Of a stretch of 64,000 nucleotides of DNA, positions 58,035-64,000 are shown in pieces (position 1 is the first letter of the stretch; each line of letters begins with the position of its first letter). Below the pieces are notes generated by a model. It was not told the origin of the DNA. It did no database searches and was given only the letters and a program-made list of their open reading frames with translations. Where the stretch lies: contig CAXXTH010000023.1 of assembly GCA_963668025.2 (NCBI GenBank), positions 386,225 to 450,224 on the forward strand. Reading direction: 5' to 3'. The position numbers were made by a program, and so were the translations under genes. This DNA is from Candidatus Hydrogenedentota bacterium. GTDB lineage: Bacteria > Hydrogenedentota > Hydrogenedentia > Hydrogenedentales > SLHB01.

Positions 58035-61000
58035 TTACCTTTTTACTTTATCCCGCAGCAGTATGCGTTCACCTGGTTCGGCGATGGCACTCATGGGCGT
58101 AACGAGGGATAGCGTTTTGCCCTGCGAGTTGGCCAGCGCGAACGAAATGTTGTTGGGATTATAACGTTCCACGATCTTCAGTTCCACGTATTCGGTCATC
58201 AGGCGTAGCTGTGGTTCGCCGGGCGCGGACTCCGCCAGCGACAGCGCGGACGCAGTTCGAACGTCATGCAGCCGGATGCGGTAGCGGCCCCGCCCGGGCA
58301 TCCATTGCCCGGCATCCACCCAGGCCCATCCGCCATCCTCCAGGTGGCTGAGCCAATTCTGCGCTACCGGCTCCCAGCCTTTGGAGGTCTTACGTTCCAG
58401 GGCCAGGCTGGCTTTCGCATCACCCGCCGAACTCGAGCCGGAAGCCAGCCGTATCCGCACTCCGGCCTTGTTGAATTTTCCGTCCGCCTTGAATGTAATC
58501 GCCAAAGGTTCGTCTTGCGCCACCGCGCCAGCCGCCACCTCTTGGCGCTGGGCCGTGGCCATGAAGTCTAACACCGCGCCGCCATAGGCAAAACCGTTGA
58601 AGCGGACGCTTTCCAGTTCTGACGGCACACGTGGGCGCATCCATAGCCCTTGAGCCGAAAAATTGAAATCAAAGTAATACGCCGGTTCAAGCGCGGTCAG
58701 CGAGCCGCTCTGGGGGAAAATCTCGCGGAAACCCTCGAAATCCAGGATGGCGTCGCTCGGGCCAAGGAATTGCCAGCGGCCAATCCAGTGTCCATTATTG
58801 CGCCGCCCTCCGGTCATGCGGTCGGGATTGGCATAACGCTCCAAGACCTGTATGTTGCGCTCATGCATATTATCAATGGAAAGATAGCGAGTGCGGACGG
58901 CTAGATCGCGCGCGGCGACTTCTGGCCGGCTGCCGCCATTCGAGACGACCTGCCGGTAGGGCAAGGTCATGCACGCGGGCAAATAGGTGAGGTTCTCGAT
59001 GGTGTTATATGGGGCCGCAAGGTTCCAGATCGAGTAGATATCGTCCAGCCAAGTTTTACCGCCATCGGGGCTATATTGGCCCCGGTCGAGCCACCAGAGG
59101 ATCGCCCTGCTGCGTTCGGAGCCAGCGATGCCCCGCGCCGCCGCCTCCAAATTATTGTAGGTGTAGCCGAAATCCCGTTTCACTCCATCCCAATCCTCGC
59201 AATGCAGATAGCGGGAAACCTCGCGGCCGTTTTCATTCACCGTATGCCAGAATCGTTTGTTATACGCCTCGTCGGCCAAGGTGCGCATTTGCCGGTATTG
59301 AGCCGCTTCCTTCTCTTTACCCAGCAGCGCGGCCATCTCGGCCATGGCCGTGCAGGAGGCCGGATACCAGAGGCTTTGATAGGAATCGTAGGCATTGCCC
59401 GCGCCTTCCCAGAACGAGTTGGCCTGGCCCACGAAATTGCGCCCCGATTTCTGGTCGGGCACGTTATATTCGGGATCATTCTGGTAGTAGGTTAGGTTGG
59501 TTTCCGCAGCGCCCATGTAATTGCGCATGTAATTGAAGAGCAGGCGCAGCGTATCGGCCACATCGCCATGGAAGGGGCCATTATACGCCTCGCCATCTTT
59601 GTAATCGCTCTCCAGCTCGGTCTGCCAGGTGATCCCCGGCCCGAAGTAGCGCTTGCCGCTGTCGAAATCGGTCAGTTCCAGGTAATACGAGCCTGCGGCC
59701 AGCGGGGTGTGTGATAGCACTTCGATTTCTTCGGTTTGTTTGGGCGGGATGGAAAACTCAGTCTCGGCTAATAAAACGCCGCCATAACGGTCATAAAGTG
59801 CAAGGCGGCCGTGATTGGGCTCCTCAATCACAATATGGCCGCCTTGGAAATCGTTCACGCCCAACGCACCGGCGGGATTGCTAAGCCGGGCGCGCACCGA
59901 GCGGAACGGGGCAAGAGCAGTAAAGGATTGCCCCAGGCTGTGATGTTTCTTGGGGGCGAGTCCATCCAGCCGGGCATCGCCGGAAATGAGCACATAATCG
60001 GCGGTCTCGGCCTTGGCCCCGCAAATGGGCTGTGGCTGCCCGCCGTCGGTGGCGACCCAGCGCGCCCGGCGCGCTTGCAGGAAACCCATGTCGCGCGTGG
60101 CCAGGACGTATTGCACAAGGCTATGAACCCATAAGCCATTGGTCTGAAGCATCCGCATGTCAATAGGGGCGTTATTGGTAGGATTATTGAACCAACCGCC
60201 CGCGCCATAATCAGGGTAGCGGCCCCATTGATAGATGTGGCCAAAATGCTCGAACCGGTCGTAACCGATGAATCCCAGATATTGTAAAAGGTCGCGGCGC
60301 AAGGCGCTGGCGTAATACGTGCGCGGGTCATCGAACATGTGGGTTTCGACCGCTCCCAGCACCCATTCGCCGCGCAGGTTGACAATCGGCGCCCAGTAAT
60401 TGCCCTGGCGCAACAGCTCGGTCATCAGGCGGCTGGCCGGGACGCTCTTGCCCGTTGGCCCAAAAGTGACATTAAAATTCGGCGTGAACTCGCAACTCGG
60501 CAGGATGAAACGCGAAAGGGGGACTTCCCGGCTGCCAGCCCGCGCCACTTCGATGTGGATGGACGCGGTGAGGGGGCCATTGGCTTGTAATTTGGGATTG
60601 CCCGCCTTGAGCACCAGCCGGTCTGGCTTCGCCTCGTAATACAGCCGGTCGCACCCCGGCCAATTGATGTCCAAGTCCCAGTTTTGGGCCAGATCGGATT
60701 GCATCAACAGCCGCTGGCCATCTTCGATGTTGAGCCAGAGGATGATATCGCCCTGGTCCAAGTTCTTGAAGTGCTCGACGCGGGTGACCTGACCGCTGCT
60801 GCCCACGAAACTACGGAAGGGCAGCGTCAGCGCCGTGGCCCCGTTGGTGCTGAGGGAGTCGGGGTAATTCAGATGCGCATCGGAATCGTAATGGCCGTCG
60901 AGGACAAAGGGAATGTCCCACTCGATCCCGCCCTCGCCGGGAACGATGGTCAAGTGATTGCGAACCAGCTCGATACCGGCGACATTGCGCAGCGCCCCGC

Positions 61001-61235
61001 CCGGGGCGATGGCCTCCAGGCCATAGCATCTCTGGCCCGTGCCGTCAAACCGTAGGCTGATGATTGTATCACCGGCCTGTTTGAGCGAGACGTATTCGGT
61101 CTCCCACACGACCGGCTCGGCGGCCTTCGCCGTTTCTTCCGCGCTGGCCTGGCCAGCGGTCCAATTCAAGCACAAGATCCCGATGAATGCAGCAACCAGT
61201 GCGCCTTTATTCATACCGAGCCAGTTGTTCCGCAT
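58035..61235 (-). CDS. Large secreted six-hairpin glycosidase-like protein
   Basis: Signal peptide; 'YVLATRDMGFL', 'AMAEMAALLG...YNKRFW' and 'LWMRPRVPSEL' fit an (alpha/alpha)6 glycoside hydrolase with beta-sandwich inserts. Confidence 0.6.
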   Translation of the reverse strand: MRNNWLGMNKGALVAAFIGILCLNWTAGQASAEETAKAAEPVVWETEYVSLKQAGDTIISLRFDGTGQRCYGLEAIAPGGALRNVAGIELVRNHLTIVPGEGGIEWDIPFVLDGHYDSDAHLNYPDSLSTNGATALTLPFRSFVGSSGQVTRVEHFKNLDQGDIILWLNIEDGQRLLMQSDLAQNWDLDINWPGCDRLYYEAKPDRLVLKAGNPKLQANGPLTASIHIEVARAGSREVPLSRFILPSCEFTPNFNVTFGPTGKSVPASRLMTELLRQGNYWAPIVNLRGEWVLGAVETHMFDDPRTYYASALRRDLLQYLGFIGYDRFEHFGHIYQWGRYPDYGAGGWFNNPTNNAPIDMRMLQTNGLWVHSLVQYVLATRDMGFLQARRARWVATDGGQPQPICGAKAETADYVLISGDARLDGLAPKKHHSLGQSFTALAPFRSVRARLSNPAGALGVNDFQGGHIVIEEPNHGRLALYDRYGGVLLAETEFSIPPKQTEEIEVLSHTPLAAGSYYLELTDFDSGKRYFGPGITWQTELESDYKDGEAYNGPFHGDVADTLRLLFNYMRNYMGAAETNLTYYQNDPEYNVPDQKSGRNFVGQANSFWEGAGNAYDSYQSLWYPASCTAMAEMAALLGKEKEAAQYRQMRTLADEAYNKRFWHTVNENGREVSRYLHCEDWDGVKRDFGYTYNNLEAAARGIAGSERSRAILWWLDRGQYSPDGGKTWLDDIYSIWNLAAPYNTIENLTYLPACMTLPYRQVVSNGGSRPEVAARDLAVRTRYLSIDNMHERNIQVLERYANPDRMTGGRRNNGHWIGRWQFLGPSDAILDFEGFREIFPQSGSLTALEPAYYFDFNFSAQGLWMRPRVPSELESVRFNGFAYGGAVLDFMATAQRQEVAAGAVAQDEPLAITFKADGKFNKAGVRIRLASGSSSAGDAKASLALERKTSKGWEPVAQNWLSHLEDGGWAWVDAGQWMPGRGRYRIRLHDVRTASALSLAESAPGEPQLRLMTEYVELKIVERYNPNNISFALANSQGKTLSLVTPMSAIAEPGERILLRDKVKR

Positions 61236-61715
61236 GCGGTGTTCCTCCAAAACGCTCCAATAAAGCCACCCCAAAGAATTGTATATTTTATGTCATTCCT
61301 ACGGATAGGCAAATTGTCTCATTTGATGCGAATACACACAATCAGTCGCAATCACGCAATAGGCTCTTCCTTTACAAATTGTTCCCATTCGCCGGGCCAG
61401 TTATTCTGTACGGCGGAATTCGATTATAACATGCTGTAAAATAATTACTTAGAAAATATCTCGTGCATCTTTGCGTTATTGCCTCTGATGAAAAGAACGC
61501 CTTATTTGGCTAGAATATACACGATCAAGCACAATTACGCAATAAACACGGTGTAAAGAAGTGACTAAGACGGCCTTTCCGAAAGGATGGCGGAACGGAT
61601 CCAAAGGGGATTTCAAAAAATGGAGCAAGCAAGGCAAAACGTTTCTGACAAACAGGCGTATAAAGTCATTAAAGCAGGCACCATCGTCAAACTTGTTGAA
61701 GTTGAGTCATTTTTC

Positions 61716-61876
61716 AACGCACAAGGCGCGAAGAACACAGAGTATCGTAGGGCATACGCTTTTCTCTATTTCCATTCATATAATTCATTTTTGGATGTGC
61801 GAAGAATTTTGGATGTGCGAAGAAATTGTTCGAGAGTGGATATTTTCCACTTTGCGGACCTCCGCGCCTTAGCGTT
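61716..61876. repeat. Imperfect inverted-repeat element containing an 18-bp tandem duplication
   Basis: AACGCACAAGGCGCGAAG...CTCCGCGCCTTAGCGTT; TTTTGGATGTGCGAAGAA twice at 61789-61824. Confidence 0.65.
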
Positions 61877-61991
61877 CATTCCCGCCCGTCCCGATGCAAC
61901 TTCCCACCCAGCAAATGGATTGAAGAAACGGGATCATGCATGGATGTAACCAGGAGGACGGCTTATGATTGCCCGGCAATCAAACCGTTTC

Positions 61992-64000
61992 ATGCGCCAC
62001 GCCGCATACATCGTCAGCTTGTCTATGGCGCTCGCGCTGGCAGGCGCGGCGCATGGCGCATTCGTCTTTCCTGGCAAGGATTGGGCCACGAAGCCGCCCG
62101 AGGAAGTGGGCATGGACCCGGCCCTGATCGAGCAAGCCGCCGAACTGCTTGGGGGGCGCGGATGTATCATTAAAGATGGGTATATGGTCAAGGCATGGGG
62201 CGATCAGACGCAACGCAGCGACTGGTATTCCTCGGTCAAACCCGTTTTTAGCACCCTCTTGTTCTTTGCGATTCAAGAAGGACTTGTCAAGAGCGTCGAT
62301 GAACCTATCGCGGATTTCGGCTGGGAGTTGAAGCCGAAAGATCGCACCATGACGTTCCGGCATTTGGGGGCCATGACGAGCGGATACGCCCGCCCCGAAG
62401 CGCCGGGCGAGGCATGGGCGTACAACGATTTCGCCATTCAGCTTTATCAGAAAACCCTTTTTGACAAAGTGTTCAAAGAAGAGGATGCAGTCCGTGCTGC
62501 CGAAGATCCGAAACGCCTAGGCGCACTCGGCTTTCAGGACGGGCTGAAATTCAATGAAAAACGGCGGCTATATGCTTCCGTGCGCGATTTCGCCCGCATC
62601 GTCTGGTTCTGGATGAACCGGGGCGAATGGAACGGCAAACAACTCCTGCAAAAGCGCTTCTTCGACGAATACATGAAGCCCCAAGTTCCTAAAATGCTGC
62701 CGAGAACCCAGCAAGCTGAAGAAGATGACTACCTGGGCATCGGCTCGTATGGCGGCACATCCGATCAAGCGTATTATGGCCCAGGCCAATACGGATTCAA
62801 CTGGTGGTTTAGCGACACCGGCTGGTTCAATCCAGACGCCCTTATGTGGCCGGACGCCCCGCGCGACACCATCATGTCCATCGGATACGGCGGCAACTGC
62901 TCCGCATTCATACCCAGCCTCGGAGTGGCGCTCGTGTGCGCCGAAGGTTCCTGGCGCGACGTGACGCCCGGCAGCGCCGCGTCGCCCATGAACCAGGCCC
63001 TTATGCTAGTTTCTAGGGCCGCAGGCTACCAGCCGGAAACACTCCTCATTACCGGAGAAGCCCGCAAATGGCATGATTTGACGTTCTCGTTCCGAGGCCC
63101 AGACGCCAGCGAATCGGCGTCTCCAAATCCCTTCATGGATTACCGGCTCGACGCCACGTTCTCTTGCGGCAAAACCCAATACATCGTGCCGGGTTATTAC
63201 GCCGCCGACGGCAATGCCGCACACTCGGGCCTAGACTCGGGCGGCGTCTGGCGGGTCCATTTCATGCCGGACAAGGAAGGCGTTTGGGCATATCGCATCT
63301 CGTTCCGGTCCGGCCCAGACATCGCCATGGCGGATGCCCCGGATGCAGGCGAACCGGTGGCGTTTGATGGAATCTCTGGTTCCATCAAAATCGGCCCTAC
63401 GGATAAAACGGCTCCTGATTTCCGCGCCAAGGGCATTCTCCTTCCCACCGGCAAACGCTACCTCCAATTTTCGAAGACGGGCGAATACTATATAAAAGGC
63501 GGCGCGGACAGCCCGGAAAACTTCCTAGCCTTCGCTGATTTCGACGGCACGACTCCCACGCACCGTTATGAGCCACATGCGGCGGACCACCGCCTCACGG
63601 ATCCCATCTGGGGCGAAAATAAGGGCGGTAATATCCTCGGCGCGCTGAATTACCTCGCCTCCAAGGGCATGAACTCCGTATACATGATCACGATGAACGT
63701 CAACGGCGACGGCAAGGATGTATGGCCGTGGACTAGCGACGCGGAACGGCGGCGCTTCGATTGCAGCAAGCTGGACCAATGGGAACGGGTCTTTTCGCAC
63801 ATGGACACGCTGGGTCTCGCGCTGCATATCGTCACCCAAGAACAGGAGAATGACCAGTTCCTCGATGGCGGCGAACTAGGGCCGGAACGCAAACTGTATT
63901 ACCGGGAGTTGATCGCCCGTTTCGCCCACCACCCGGCGTTGTTCTGGAACTTAGGTGAGGAAAACACCAATACCACCGAACAGCGCAAAGCCTTCGCGGA
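61992..64000 (+). CDS. Secreted serine hydrolase (beta-lactamase fold) fused to a DUF5060/glycosidase-like region; runs off the window
   Basis: Manual translation: signal peptide, SSVK (SxxK), WAYND, then NPFMDYRL..PGYYAADG..WRVHF and GADSPEN in the same frame; not in ORF track. Confidence 0.8.
   Translation, partial: MRHAAYIVSLSMALALAGAAHGAFVFPGKDWATKPPEEVGMDPALIEQAAELLGGRGCIIKDGYMVKAWGDQTQRSDWYSSVKPVFSTLLFFAIQEGLVKSVDEPIADFGWELKPKDRTMTFRHLGAMTSGYARPEAPGEAWAYNDFAIQLYQKTLFDKVFKEEDAVRAAEDPKRLGALGFQDGLKFNEKRRLYASVRDFARIVWFWMNRGEWNGKQLLQKRFFDEYMKPQVPKMLPRTQQAEEDDYLGIGSYGGTSDQAYYGPGQYGFNWWFSDTGWFNPDALMWPDAPRDTIMSIGYGGNCSAFIPSLGVALVCAEGSWRDVTPGSAASPMNQALMLVSRAAGYQPETLLITGEARKWHDLTFSFRGPDASESASPNPFMDYRLDATFSCGKTQYIVPGYYAADGNAAHSGLDSGGVWRVHFMPDKEGVWAYRISFRSGPDIAMADAPDAGEPVAFDGISGSIKIGPTDKTAPDFRAKGILLPTGKRYLQFSKTGEYYIKGGADSPENFLAFADFDGTTPTHRYEPHAADHRLTDPIWGENKGGNILGALNYLASKGMNSVYMITMNVNGDGKDVWPWTSDAERRRFDCSKLDQWERVFSHMDTLGLALHIVTQEQENDQFLDGGELGPERKLYYRELIARFAHHPALFWNLGEENTNTTEQRKAFA

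Noticed and set aside
61560-61610. c-di-GMP or c-di-AMP riboswitch (TCC-GAAA-GGA stem)
   Set aside because: A GNRA hairpin is present but the flanking conserved motifs (GGCAAAC/GACGCAAAGC or GCYGAATCC/GGRGGA) are missing
61789-61824. CRISPR array
   Set aside because: Only two adjacent 18-bp units with no spacer and no cas genes; no array seen anywhere in the window
61561-62363. ORFs 61561-61872, 61587-61949 and 61980-62363
   Set aside because: They run through repeat DNA or antisense to the real gene starting at 61992
1-64000. tRNA, rRNA, prophage or reverse-transcriptase genes
   Set aside because: No recognisable cloverleaf, rRNA, phage structural or RT motifs seen by eye; tRNAscan-SE and Infernal would be needed to exclude divergent RNAs

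Overview
Bacterial chromosomal window with moderately high GC. Its gene content suggests a diderm, flagellated anaerobe such as Candidatus Hydrogenedentes; that assignment is inference only. Core genes include pdxH, archease, flgM, tilS-hpt, holB-ricT-tatD, rpmG, crcB, and rpmH-rnpA-yidD-yidC-jag-mnmE with no adjacent dnaA. Also present are many carbohydrate, polyol and envelope genes and a three-gene thioredoxin-fold cluster. The accessory layer is rich: (1) a two-ORF IS (HTH gene plus DDE transposase, 11-bp TIRs) sitting among REP-like hairpins; (2) a 140-bp MITE with perfect TIRs and an 8-bp TSD, plus a decayed copy whose inner hairpin is flipped; (3) two stray integron-cassette-like genes with no integrase in the window; (4) several REP/REPIN-like families; and (5) an AT-richer islet at the mnmE 3' end encoding a RelE/XRE toxin-antitoxin pair and a 571-aa protein with a HEPN-like RxxxxH motif. 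The islet is the best candidate for an undescribed defence system. rpmG, rpmH and the final truncated ORF were read by hand because they are absent from the ORF track. All family calls come from motif recognition; no database searches were run.
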